DNA of 64,000 nt from positions 372,001 to 436,000 of the forward strand of contig JBHGNT010000006.1 in assembly GCA_043228905.1 (NCBI GenBank), in the 5' to 3' direction. Below are positions 1 to 15,000 of this stretch, in pieces; the first letter of the stretch is position 1, and each line of letters begins with the position of its first letter. A program made the translations under genes and the position numbers. This DNA comes from Azolla caroliniana (taxonomy: Eukaryota > Plantae > Polypodiophyta). The notes under the pieces are model-generated. The model made no database searches. It was not told where the DNA came from and saw only the letters and a list, made by a program, of their open reading frames with translations.

Positions 1-3000
1 TCAACTCAGTCCTCAAATTTGGTAATTTCGTCATGTCTCTCGACCTGAGTTTCAAAATCTTGGTTTTTTAATTCTATATGATAGCTAGCGTTGTTAGCTT
101 CGATTCGCATGTTTGTACACAAAAATCCGATGTCACATGGACCAGGTATGATCATTTTTATTTACCTACTAGCTCTTCTCAACTCACTCCTCAAATTTGG
201 TAATTTCTTCATGTCTCTCGACCTGAGTTTCAAAATCTTGATTTTTTAATTCCATATCATAGCTAGCGTTGTTAGCTTCGATTCGCATGTTTGAGCACAA
301 AAATCCGATATCACACGAGCCAGGTATGAACATTTTTATTTACTCAAGGGCTCCTCTCAACTCACTCCTCAAATATTGTAATTACGTCATGTCTCTCGAC
401 CTGAGTTTCAAAATCTTGATTTTTTAATTCCATATCATAGCTAGCGTTGTTAGCTTCGATTCGCATATTTGTACTCAAAAATCCGATATCACACGAGCCA
501 GGTATGAACATTTTAATTTACCTACTAGCTCCTCTCAACTCACTCCTCAAATTTGGTAATTTCGTCATGTCTCTCGACCTGAGTTTCAGAATCTTGATTT
601 TTTAATTCCATATCATAGCTAGCGTTGTTAGCTTCGATTCGCATATTTGTACTCAAAAATCCGATATCACACGAGCCAGGTATGAACATTTTTATTTACT
701 CAAGGGCTCCTCTCAACTCACTCCTCAAATTTGGTAATTACGTCATGTCTCTCGACCTGAGTTTCAGAATCTTGATTTTTTAATTCCATATCATAGCTAG
801 CGTTGTTAGCTTCGATTCGCATGTTTGAGCACAAAAATCCGATATCACACGAGCCAGGTATGAACATTTTTATTTACTCAAGGGCTCCTCTCAACTCACT
901 CCTCAAATATTGTAATTACGTCATGTCTCTCGACCTGAGTTTCAAAATCTTGATTTTTTAATTCCATATCATAGCTAGCGTTGTTAGCTTCGATTCGCAT
1001 ATTTGTACTCAAAAATCCGATATCACACGAGCCAGGTATGAACATTTTAATTTACCTACTAGCTCCTCTCAACTCACTCCTCAAATTTGGTAATTTCGTC
1101 ATGTCTCTCGACCTGAGTTTCAGAATCTTGATTTTTTAATTCTATATCATAGCTAGCGTTGTTAGCTTCGATTCGCATATTTGTACTCAAAAATCCGATA
1201 TCACACGAGCCAGGTATGAACATTTTAATTTACCTACTAGCTCTTCTCAACTCAATCCTCAAATTTGGTAATTTCGTCATGTCTCTCGACCTGAGTTTCA
1301 AAATCTTGATTTTTTAATTCCATATCATAGCTAGCGTTGTTAGCTTCGATTCGCATATTTGAACACAAAAATCCGATATCACACGAGCCAGGTATGAACA
1401 TTTTAATTTACCTACTAGCTCTTCTCAACTCAATCCTCAAATTTTCAAAATCTTGATTTTTTAATTCCATATCATAGCTAGCGTTGTTAGCTTTGATTCG
1501 CATATTTGTACTCAAAAATCCGATATCACACGAGCCAGGTATGAAGATTTTAATTTACCTACTAGCTCCTCTCAACTCAATCCTCAAATTCGGTAATTTC
1601 GTCATGTCTCTCGACCTGAGTTTCAGAATCTTGATTTTTTAATTCCATATCATAGCTAGCGTTGTTAGCTTCGATTCGCATGTTTGAACACAAAAATCCG
1701 ATATCACACGAGCCAGGTATGAACATTTTAATTTACCTACTAGCTCTTCTCAACTCAATCCTCAAATTTGGTAATTTCGTCATGTCTCTCGACCTAAGTT
1801 TCAAAATCTTGATTTTTTAATTCCATATCATAGCTAGCGTTGTTAGCTTCGATTCGCATGTTTGAACACAAAAATCCGATATCACACGAGCCAGGTATGA
1901 ACATTTTAATTTACCTACTAGCTCTTCTCAACTCAATCCTCAAATTTGGTAATTTCGTCATGTCTCTCGACCTGAGTTTCAAAATCTTGATTTTTTAATT
2001 CCATATCATAGCTAGCGTTCTTAACTTCGATTCGCATGTTTGTACACAAAAATCCGATATCACACGAGCCAGGTATGAACATTTTAATTTACCTACTAGC
2101 TCTTCTCAACTCAATCCTCAAATTTGGTAATTTCGTCATGTCTCTCGACCTGAGTTTCAAAATCTTGATTTTTTAATTCCATATCATAGCTAGCGTTCTT
2201 AACTTCGATAACCATGTTTGTACACAAAAATCCGATATCACACGAGCCAGGTATGAACATTTTAATTTACCTACTAGCTCTTCTCAACTCACTCCTCAAA
2301 TTTGGTAATTTCTTCATGTCTCTCGACCTGAGTTTCAAAATCTTGATTTTTTAATTCCATATCATAGCTAGCGTTGTTAGCTTCGATTCGCATGTTTGAA
2401 TACAAAATTCCAATGTCACACGAGCCAGGTATGAACATTTTAATTCACCTACTATCTCTTCTCAACTCAATCCTCAAATTTGGTAATTTCTTCATGTCTC
2501 TCCACCTGAGTTTCAAAATCGTGATTTTTTCATTCTATATCATAGCTAGCGTTGTTAGCTTCGATTCGCATATTTGTACTCAAAAATCCGATATCACACG
2601 ACCCAGGTATGAACATTTTAATTTACCTACTAGCTCTTCTCAACTCAGTCCTCAAATTTGGTAATTTCGTCATGTCTCTCGACCTGAGTTTCAAAATCTT
2701 GATTTTTTAATTCTATATGATAGGTAGCGTTGTTAGCTTCGATTCGCATGTTTGTACACAAAAATCCGATGTCACACGAACCAGGTATGAACATTTTTAT
2801 TTACCTACTAGCTCTTCTCAACTCACTCCTCAAATTTGGTAATTTCTTCATGTCTCTCGACCTGAGTTTCAAAATCTTGATTTTTTAATTCCATATCATA
2901 GCTAGCGTTGTTAGCTTCGATTCGTATGTTTGAATACAAAAATCCGATATCACACGAGCCAGGTATGAACATTTTTATTTACTCAACGGCTCCTCTCAAC

Positions 3001-6000
3001 TCACTCCTCAAATTTTGTAATTACGTCATGTCTCTCGACCTGAGTTTCAAAATCTTGATTTTTTAATTCCATATCATAGCTAGCGTTGTTAGCTTCGATT
3101 CGCATGTTTGTACTCAAAAATCCCATATCACACGAGCCAGGTATGAACATTTTAATTTACCTACTAGCTCTTCTCAACTCAGTCCTCAAATTTCGTAATT
3201 TCGTCATGTCTCTCGACCTGAGTTTCAGAATCTTGATTTTTTAATTCCATATCATAGCTAGCGTTGTTAGCTTCGATTCGCATGTTTGAACACAAAAATC
3301 CGATATCACACGAGCCAGGTATGAACATTTTTATTTACTCAAGGGCTCCTCTCAACTCACTCCTCAAATTTGGTAATTTGTTCATGTCTCTCGACCTGAG
3401 TTTCAAAATCTTGATTTTTTAATTCCATATCATAGCTAGCGTTGTTAGCTTCGATTCGCATATTTGTACTCAAAAATCCGATATCACACGAGCCAGGTAT
3501 GAACATTTTAATTTACCTACTAGCTCTTCTCAACTCACTCCTCAAATTTCGTAATTACGTCATGTCTCTCGACCTGAGTTTCAGAATCTTGATTTTTTAA
3601 TTCCATATCATAGCTAGCGTTGTTAGCTTCGATTCGCATGTTTGAACACAAAAATCCGATATCACACGAGCCAGGTATGAACATTTTAATTTACCTACTA
3701 GCTCTTCTCAACTCAATCCTCAAATTTGGTAATTTCGTCATGTCTCTCGACCTGAGTTTCAAAATCTTGATTTTTTAATTCCATATCATAGCTAGCGTTG
3801 TTAGCTTCGATTCGCATGTTTGTACTCAAAAATCCGATATCACACGAGCCAGGTATGAACATTTTAATTTACCTACTAGCTCTTCTCAACTCACTCTTCA
3901 AATTTGGTAATTTCTTCATGTCTCTCGACCTGAGTTTCAAAATCTTGATTTTTTAATTCCATATCATAGCTAGCGTTGTTAGCTTCGATTCGCATGTTTG
4001 AATACAAAAATCCAATGTCACACGAGCCAGGTATGAACATTTTTATTTACTCAAGGGCTCCTCTCAACTCACTCCTCAAATTTGGTAATTTGTTCATGTC
4101 TCTCGACCTGAGTTTCAAAATCTTGATTTTTTAATTCCATATCATAGCTAGCGTTGTTAGCTTCGATTCGCATATTTGTACTCAAAAATCCGATATCACA
4201 CGAGCCAGGTATGAACATTTTAATTTACCTACTAGCTCTTCTCAACTCACTCCTCAAATTTCGTAATTACGTCATGTCTCTCGACCTGAGTTTCAGAATC
4301 TTGATTTTTTAATTCCATATCATAGCTAGCGTTGTTAGCTTCGATTCGCATGTTTGAACACAAAAATCCGATATCACACGAGCCAGGTATGAACATTTTA
4401 ATTTACCTACTAGCTCTTCTCAACTCAATCTTCAAATTTGGTAATTTCGTCATGTCTCTCGACCTGAGTTTCAAAATCTTGATTTTTTAATTCCATATCA
4501 TAGCTAGCGTTCTTAACTTCGATTCGCATGTTTGTACACAAAAATCCGATATCACACGAGCCAGGTATGAACATTTTAATTTACCTACTAGCTCTTCTCA
4601 ACTCACTCTTCAAATTTGGTAATTTCTTCATGTCTCTCGACCTGAGTTTCAAAATCTTGATTTTTTAATTCCATATCATAGCTAGCGTTCTTAACTTCGA
4701 TTCGCATGTTTGTACACAAAAATCCGATATCACACGAGCCAGGTATGAACATTTTAATTTACCTACTAGCTCTTCTCAACTCAATCCTCAAATTTGGTAA
4801 TTTCGTCATGTCTCTCGACCTGAGTTTCAAAATCTTGATTTTTTAATTCCATATCATAGCTAGCGTTGTTAGCTTCGATTCGCATGTTTGAACACAAAAA
4901 TCCGATATCACACGAGCCAGGTATGAACATTTTAATTTACCTACTAGCTCTTCTCAACTCAATCCTCAAATTTGGTAATTTCGTCATGTCTCTCGACCTG
5001 AGTTTCAAAATCTTGATTTTTTAATTCCATATCATAGCTAGCGTTGTTAGCTTCGATTCGCATGTTTGAACACAAAAATCCGATATCACACGAGCCAGGT
5101 ATGAACATTTTTATTTACTCAAGGGCTCCTCTCAACTCACTCCTCAAATTTTGTAATTACGTCATGTCTATCGACCTGAGTTTCAAAATCTTGATTTTTT
5201 AATTCCATATCATAGCTAGCGTTGTTAGCTTCGATTCGCATGTTTGTACTCAAAAATCCGATATCACACGAGCCAGGTATGAACATTTTAATTTACCTAC
5301 TAGCTCTTCTCAACTCAATCCTCAAATTTGGTAATTTCGTCATGTCTCTCGACCTGAGTTTCAAAATCTTGATTTTTTAATTCCATATCATAGCTAGCGT
5401 TGTTAGCTTCGATTCGCATGTTTGAACACAAAAATCCGATATCACACGAGCCAGGTATGAACATTTTTATTTACTCAAGGGCTCCTCTCAACTCACTCCT
5501 CAAATTTTGTAATTACGTCATGTCTATCGACCTGAGTTTCAAAATCTTGATTTTTTAATTCCATATCATAGCTAGCGTTGTTAGCTTCGATTCGCATGTT
5601 TGTACTCAAAAATCCGATATCACACGAGCCAGGTATGAACATTTTTATTTACTCAAGGGCTCCTCTCAACTCACTCCTCAAATTTGGTAATTACGTCATG
5701 TCTCTCGACCTGAGTTTTAGAATCTTGATTTTTTAATTCCATATCATAGCTAGCGTTGTTAGCTTCGATTCGCATGTTTGAACACAAAAATCCGATGTCA
5801 CACGAGCCAGGTATGAACATTTTAATTTACCTACTAGCTCTTCTCAACTCAATCCTCAAATTTGGTAATTTCGTCATGTCTCTCAACCTGAGTTTCAAAA
5901 TCTTGATTTTTTAATTCCATATCATAGCTAGCGTTGTTAGCTTCGATTCGCATGTTTGTACACAAAAATCCGATATCACACGAGCCAGGTATGAACATTT

Positions 6001-9000
6001 TAATTTACCTACTAGCTCTTCTCAACTCACTCCTCAAATTTGGTAATTTCGTCATGTCTCTCGACCTGAGTTTCAAAATCTTGATTTTTTAATTCTATAT
6101 CATAGCTAGCGTTGTTAGCTTCGATTAGCATATTTGTACTCAAAAATCCGATATCACACGACCCAGGTATGAACATTTTAATTTACCTACTAGCTCTTCT
6201 CAACTCTCTCCTCCAATTTCGTAATTACGTCATGTCTCTCGACCTGAGTTTCAAAATCTTGATTTTTAATTCCATATCATAGCTAGCGTTGTGAGCTTCG
6301 ATTCGCATGTTTCAACACAAAAATCCGATATCACACGAGCCAGGTATGAACATTTTTATTTACCTACTAGCTCTTCTCAACTCACTCCTCAAATTTGGTA
6401 ATTTCTTCATGTCTCTCGACCTGAGTTTCAAAATCTTGATTTTTTAATTCCATATCATAGCTAGCGTTGTTAGCTTCGATTCGCATGTTTGAACACAAAA
6501 ATCCGATATCACACGAGCCAGGTATGAACATTTTTATTTACTCAAGGGCTCCTCTCAACTCACTCCTCAAATTTTGTAATTACGTCATGTCTCTCGACCT
6601 GAGTTTCAAAATATTGATTTTTTAATACCATATCATAGCTAGCGTTGTTAGCTTCGATTCGCATATTTGTACTCAAAAATCCGATATCACACGAGCCAGG
6701 TATGAACATTTTAATTTACCTACTAGCTCTTCTCAACTCACTCCTCAAATTTGGTAATTACGTCATGTCTCTCGACCTGAGTTTCAAAATCTTGATTTTT
6801 TAATTCCATATCATAGCTAGCGTTGTTAGCTTCGATTCGCATGTTTGAATACAAAAATCCGATATCACACGAGCCAGGTATGAACATTTTTATTTACTCA
6901 AGAGCTCCTCTCAACTCACTCCTCAAATTTTGTAATTACGTCATGTCTCTCGACCTGAGTTTCAAAATCTTGATTTTTTAATTCCATATCATAGCTAGCG
7001 TTGTTAGCTTCGATTCGCATGTTTGTACTCAAAAATCCCATATCACACGAGCCAGGTATGAACATTTTAATTTACCTACTAGCTCTTCTCAACTCAGTCC
7101 TCAAATTTCGTAATTACGTCATGTCTCTCGACCTGAGTTTCAGAATCTTGATTTTTTAATTCCATATCATAGCTAGCGTTGTTAGCTTCGATTCGCATGT
7201 TTGAACACAAAAATCCGATATCACACGAGCCAGGTATGAACATTTTTATTTACTCAAGGGCTCCTCTCAACTCACTCCTCAAATTTGGTAATTTGTTCAT
7301 GTCTCTCGACTTGAGTTTCAAAATCTTGATTTTTTAATTCCATATCATAGCTAGCGTTGTTAGCTTCGATTCGCATATTTGTACTCAAAAATCCGATATC
7401 ACACGAGCCAGGTATGAACATTTTAATTTACCTACTAGCTCTTCTCAACTCACTCCTCAAATTTCGTAATTACGTCATGTCTCTCGACCTGAGTTTCAGA
7501 ATCTTGATTTTTTAATTCCATATCATAGCTAGCGTTGTTAGCTTCGATTCGCATGTTTGAACACAAAAATCCGATATCACACGAGCCAGGTATGAACATT
7601 TTAATTTACCTACTAGCTCTTCTCAACTCAATCTTCAAATTTGGTAATTTCGTCATGTCTCTCGACCTGAGTTTCAAAATCTTGATTTTTTAATTCCATA
7701 CCATAGCTAGCGTTCTTAACTTCAATTCGCATGTTTGTACACAAAAACACGATATCACACGAGCCAGGTATGAACATTTTAATTTACCTACTAGCTCTTC
7801 TCAACTCACTCTTCAAATTTGGTAATTTCTTCATGTCTCTCGACCTGAGTTTCAAAATCTTGATTTTTTAATTCCATATCATAGCTAGCGTTCTTAACTT
7901 CGATTCGCATGTTTGTACACAAAAATCCGATATCACACGAGCCAGGTATGAACATTTTAATTTACCTACTAGCTCTTCTCAACTCAATCCTCAAATTTGG
8001 TAATTTCGTCATGTCTCTCGACCTGAGTTTCTAAATCTTGATTTTTTAATTCCATATCATAGCTAGCGTTGTTAGCTTCGATTCGCATGTTTGAATACAA
8101 AAATCCGATGTCACACGAGCCAGGTATGAACATTTTAATTCACCTACTAGCTCTTCTCAAGTCAGTCCTCAAATTTGGTAATTTCGTCATGTCTCTCGAG
8201 CTGAGTTTCAAAATCTTGATTTTTTAATTCCATATCATAGCTAGCATTGTTAGCTTCGATTCGCATGTTTGAATACAAAAATCCGATGTCACACGAGCCA
8301 GGTATGAACATTTTAATTCACCTACTAGCTCTTCTCAACTCAGTCCTCAAATTTGGTAATTTCGTCATGTCTCTCGAGCTGAGTTTCAAAATCTTGATTT
8401 TTTAATTCTATATGATAGCTAGCGTTGTTAGCTTCGATTCGCATGTTTGAACACAAAAATCCGATATCACACGAGCCAGGTATGAACATTTTAATTTACC
8501 TACTAGCTCTTCTCAACTCAATCCTCAAATTTGGTAATTTCGTCATGTCTCTCGACCTGAGTTTCAAAATCTTGATTTTTTAATTCCATATCATAGCTAG
8601 CGTTGTTAGCTTCGATTCGCATGTTTGAACACAAAAATCCGATATCACACGAGCCAGGTATGAACATTTTTATTTACTCAAGGGCTCCTCTCAACTCACT
8701 CCTCAAATTTTGTAATTACGTCATGTCTATCGACCTGAGTTTCAAAATCTTGATTTTTTAATTCCATATCATAGCTAGCGTTGTTAGCTTCGATTCGCAT
8801 GTTTGTACTCAAAAATCCGATATCACACGAGCCAGGTATGAACATTTTTATTTACTCAAGGGCTCCTCTCAACTCACTCCTCAAATTTGGTAATTACGTC
8901 ATGTCTCTCGACCTGAGTTTTAGAATCTTGATTTTTTAATTCCATATCATAGCTAGCGTTGTTAGCTTCGATTCGCATGTTTGAACACAAAAATCCGATA

Positions 9001-12000
9001 TCACACGAGCCAGGTATGAACATTTTTATTTACTCAAGGGCTCCTCTCAACTCACTCCTCAAATTTGGTAATTTCTTCATGTCTCTCGACCTGAGTTTCA
9101 AAATCTTGATTTTTTAATTCCATATCATAGCTAGCGTTGTTAGCTTCGATTCGCATGTTTGAACACAAAAATCCGATATCACACGAGCCAGGTATGAACA
9201 TTTTTATTTACTCAAGGGCTCCTCTCAACTCACTCCTCAAATTTTGTAATTACGTCATGTCTCTCGACCTGAGTTTCAAAATATTGATTTTTTAATACCA
9301 TATCATAGGTAGCGTTGTTAGCTTCGATTCGCATATTTGTACTCAAAAATCCGATATCACACGAGCCAGGTATGAACATTTTTATTTACCTACTAGCTCT
9401 TCTCAACTCACTCCTCAAATTTGGTAATTTCTTCATGTCTCTCGACCTGAGTTTCAAAATCTTGATTTTTTAATTCCATATCATAGCTAGCGTTGTTAGC
9501 TTCGATTCGCATGTTTGAACACAAAAATCCGATATCACACGAGCCAGGTATGAACATTTTTATTTACTCAAGGGCTCCTCTCAACTCACTCCTCAAATTT
9601 TGTAATTACGTCATGTCTCTCGACCTGAGTTTCAAAATCTTGATTTTTTAATACCATATCATAGCTAGCGTTGTTAGCTTCGATTCGCATATTTGTACAC
9701 AAAAATCCGATATCACACGAGCCAGGTATGAACATTTTAATTTACCTACTAGCTCTTCTCAACTCAATCCTCAAATTTGGTAATTTCGTCATGTCTCTCG
9801 ACCTGAGTTTCAAAATCTTGATTTTTTAATTCCATATCATAGCTAGCGTTGTTAGCTTCGATTCGCATGTTTGAATACAAAAATCCGATGTCACACGAGC
9901 CAGGTATGAACATTTTAATTCACCTACTAGCTCTTCTCAAGTCAGTCCTCAAATTTGGTAATTTCGTCATGTCTCTCGAGCTGAGTTTCAAAATCTTGAT
10001 TTTTTAATTCCATATCATAGCTAGCATTGTTAGCTTCGATTCGCATGTTTGAATACAAAAATCCGATGTCACACGAGCCAGGTATGAACATTTTAATTCA
10101 CCTACTAGCTCTTCTCAACTCAGTCCTCAAATTTGGTAATTTCGTCATGTCTCTCGAGCTGAGTTTCAAAATCTTGATTTTTTAATTCTATATGATAGCT
10201 AGCGTTGTTAGCTTCGATTCGCATGTTTGAACACAAAAATCCGATATCACACGAGCCAGGTATGAACATTTTAATTTACCTACTAGCTCTTCTCAACTCA
10301 ATCCTCAAATTTGGTAATTTCGTCATGTCTCTCGACCTGAGTTTCAAAATCTTGATTTTTTAATTCCATATCATAGCTAGCGTTGTTAGCTTCGATTCGC
10401 ATGTTTGAACACAAAAATTCGATATCACACGAGCCAGGTATGAACATTTTTATTTACTCAAGGGCTCCTCTCAACTCACTCCTCAAATTTTGTAATTACG
10501 TCATGTCTATCGACCTGAGTTTCAAAATCTTGATTTTTTAATTCCATATCATAGCTAGCGTTGTTAGCTTCGATTCGCATGTTTGTACTCAAAAATCCGA
10601 TATCACACGAGCCAGGTATGAACATTTTTATTTACTCAAGGGCTCCTCTCAACTCACTCCTCAAATTTGGTAATTACGTCATGTCTCTCGACCTGAGTTT
10701 TAGAATCTTGATTTTTTAATTCCATATCATAGCTAGCGTTGTTAGCTTCGATTCGCATGTTTGAACACAAAAATCCGATGTCACACGAGCCAGGTATGAA
10801 CATTTTAATTTACCTACTAGCTCTTCTCAACTCAATCCTCAAATTTGGTAATTTCGTCATGTCTCTCAACCTGAGTTTCAAAATCTTGATTTTTTAATTC
10901 CATATCATAGCTAGCGTTGTTAGCTTCGATTCGCATGTTTGTACACAAAAATCCGATATCACACGAGCCAGGTATGAACATTTTAATTTACCTACTAGCT
11001 CTTCTCAACTCACTCCTCAAATTTGGTAATTTCGTCATGTCTCTCGACCTGAGTTTCAAAATCTTGATTTTTTAATTCTATATCATAGCTAGCGTTGTTA
11101 GCTTCGATTAGCATATTTGTACTCAAAAATCCGATATCACACGACCCAGGTATGAACATTTTAATTTACCTACTAGCTCTTCTCAACTCTCTCCTCCAAT
11201 TTCGTAATTACGTCATGTCTCTCGACCTGAGTTTCAAAATCTTGATTTTTAATTCCATATCATAGCTAGCGTTGTGAGCTTCGATTCGCATGTTTCAACA
11301 CAAAAATCCGATATCACACGAGCCAGGTATGAACATTTTTATTTACCTACTAGCTCTTCTCAACTCACTCCTCAAATTTGGTAATTTCTTCATGTCTCTC
11401 GACCTGAGTTTCAAAATCTTGATTTTTTAATTCCATATCATAGCTAGCGTTGTTAGCTTCGATTCGCATGTTTGAACACAAAAATCCGATATCACACGAG
11501 CCAGGTATGAACATTTTTATTTACTCAAGGGCTCCTCTCAACTCACTCCTCAAATTTTGTAATTACGTCATGTCTCTCGACCTGAGTTTCAAAATATTGA
11601 TTTTTTAATACCATATCATAGCTAGCGTTGTTAGCTTCGATTCGCATATTTGTACTCAAAAATCCGATATCACACGAGCCAGGTATGAACATTTTAATTT
11701 ACCTACTAGCTCTTCTCAACTCACTCCTCAAATTTCGTAATTACGTCATGTCTCTCGACCTGAGTTTCAAAATCTTGATTTTTTAATTCCATATCATAGC
11801 TAGCGTTGTTAGCTTCGATTCGCATGTTTGAACACAAAAATCCGATATCACACGAGCCAGGTATGAACATTTTTATTTACTCAAGGGCTCCTCTCAACTC
11901 ACTCCTCAAATTTGGTAATTTGTTCATGTCTCTCGACCTGAGTTTCAAAATCTTGATTTTTTAATTCCATATCATAGCTAGCGTTGTTAGCTTCGATTCG

Positions 12001-15000
12001 CATATTTGTACTCAAAAATCCGATATCACACGAGCCAGGTATGAACATTTTAATTTACCTACTAGCTCTTCTCAACTCACTCCTCAAATTTCGTAATTAC
12101 GTCATGTCTCTCGACCTGAGTTTCAGAATCTTGATTTTTTAATTCCATATCATAGCTAGCGTTGTTAGCTTCGATTCGCATGTTTGAACACAAAAATCCG
12201 ATATCACACGAGCCAGGTATGAACATTTTTATTTACTCAAGGGCTCCTCTCAACTCGCTCCTCAAATTTTGTAATTACGTCATGTCTCTCGACCTGAGTT
12301 TCAAAATCTTGATTTTTTAATTCCATATCATAGCTAGCGTTGTTAGCTTCGATTCGCATGTTTGAATACAAAAATCCGATGTCACACGAGCCAGGTATGA
12401 ACAATTTAATTCACCTACTAGCTCTTCTCAACTCAGTCCCCAAATTTGGTAATTTCGTCATGTCTCTCGACCTGAGTTTCAAAATCTTGATTTTTTAATT
12501 CCATATCATAGCTAGCGTTGTTAGCTTCGATTCGCATGTTTGAACACAAAAATCCGATGTCACACGAGCCAGGTATGAACATTTTAATTTACCTACTAGC
12601 TCTTCTCAACTCAATCCTCAAATTTGGTAATTTCGTCATGTCTCTCAACCTGAGTTTCAAAATCTTGATTTTTTAATTCCATATCATAGCTAGCGTTGTT
12701 AGCTTCGATTCGCATGTTTGTACACAAAAATCCGATATCACACGAGCCAGGTATGAACATTTTAATTTACCTACTAGCTCTTCTCAACTCACTCCTCAAA
12801 TTTGGTAATTTCGTCATATCTCTCGACCTGAGTTTCAAAATCTTGATTTTTTAATTCTATATCATAGCTAGCGTTGTTAGCTTCGATTAGCATATTTGTA
12901 CTCAAAAATCCGATATCACACGACCCAGGTATGAACATTTTAATTTACCTACTAGCTCTTCTCAACTCTCTCCTCCAATTTCGTAATTACGTCATGTCTC
13001 TCGACCTGAGTTTCAAAATCTTGATTTTTAATTCCATATCATAGCTAGCGTTGTGAGCTTCGATTCGCATGTTTCAACACAAAAATCCGATATCACACGA
13101 GCCAGGTATGAACATTTTTATTTACCTACTAGCTCTTCTCAACTCACTCCTCAAATTTGGTAATTTCTTCATGTCTCTCGACCTGAGTTTCAAAATCTTG
13201 ATTTTTTAATTCCATATCATAGCTAGCGTTGTTAGCTTCGATTCGCATGTTTGAACACAAAAATCCGATATCACACGAGCCAGGTATGAACATTTTTATT
13301 TACTCAAGGGCTCCTCTCAACTCACTCCTCAAATTTTGTAATTACGTCATGTCTCTCGACCTGAGTTTCAAAATATTGATTTTTTAATACCATATCATAG
13401 CTAGCGTTGTTAGCTTCGATTCGCATATTTGTACTCAAAAATCCGATATCACACGAGCCAGGTATGAACATTTTAATTTACCTACTAGCTCTTCTCAACT
13501 CACTCCTCAAATTTGGTAATTACGTCATGTCTCTCGACCTGAGTTTCAAAATCTTGATTTTTTAATTCCATATCATAGCTAGCGTTGTTAGCTTCGATTC
13601 GCATGTTTGAATACAAAAATCCGATATCACACGAGCCAGGTATGAACATTTTTATTTACTCAAGAGCTCCTCTCAACTCACTCCTCAAATTTTGTAATTA
13701 CGTCATGTCTCTCGACCTGAGTTTCAAAATCTTGATTTTTTAATTCCATATCATAGCTAGCGTTGTTAGCTTCGATTCGCATGTTTGTACTCAAAAATCC
13801 CATATCACACGAGCCAGGTATGAACATTTTAATTTACCTACTAGCTCTTCTCAACTCAGTCCTCAAATTTCGTAATTACGTCATGTCTCTCGACCTGAGT
13901 TTCAGAATCTTGATTTTTTAATTCCATATCATAGCTAGCGTTGTTAGCTTCGATTCGCATGTTTGAACACAAAAATCCGATATCACACGAGCCAGGTATG
14001 AACATTTTTATTTACTCAAGGGCTCCTCTCAACTCACTCCTCAAATTTGGTAATTTGTTCATGTCTCTCGACTTGAGTTTCAAAATCTTGATTTTTTAAT
14101 TCCATATCATAGCTAGCGTTGTTAGCTTCGATTCGCATATTTGTACTCAAAAATCCGATATCACACGAGCCAGGTATGAACATTTTAATTTACCTACTAG
14201 CTCTTCTCAACTCACTCCTCAAATTTCGTAATTACGTCATGTCTCTCGACCTGAGTTTCAGAATCTTGATTTTTTAATTCCATATCATAGCTAGCGTTGT
14301 TAGCTTCGATTCGCATGTTTGAACACAAAAATCCGATATCACACGAGCCAGGTATGAACATTTTAATTTACCTACTAGCTCTTCTCAACTCAATCTTCAA
14401 ATTTGGTAATTTCGTCATGTCTCTCGACCTGAGTTTCAAAATCTTGATTTTTTAATTCCATATCATAGCTAGCGTTCTTAACTTCAATTCGCATGTTTGT
14501 ACACAAAAATCCGATATCACACGAGCCAGGTATGAACATTTTAATTTACCTACTAGCTCTTCTCAACTCACTCTTCAAATTTGGTAATTTCTTCATGTCT
14601 CTCGACCTGAGTTTCAAAATCTTGATTTTTTAATTCCATATCATAGCTAGCGTTCTTAACTTCGATTCGCATGTTTGTACACAAAAATCCGATATCACAC
14701 GAGCCAGGTATGAACATTTTAATTTACCTACTAGCTCTTCTCAACTCAATCCTCAAATTTGGTAATTTCGTCATGTCTCTCGACCTGAGTTTCTAAATCT
14801 TGATTTTTTAATTCCATATCATAGCTAGCGTTGTTAGCTTCGATTCGCATGTTTGAATACAAAAATCCGATGTCACACGAGCCAGGTATGAACATTTTAA
14901 TTCACCTACTAGCTCTTCTCAAGTCAGTCCTCAAATTTGGTAATTTCGTCATGTCTCTCGAGCTGAGTTTCAAAATCTTGATTTTTTAATTCCATATCAT

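Noticed and set aside
1-178. Arabidopsis CEN178/CEN180 identity
   Set aside because: Same length only; I see no similarity to the Arabidopsis consensus as I recall it.
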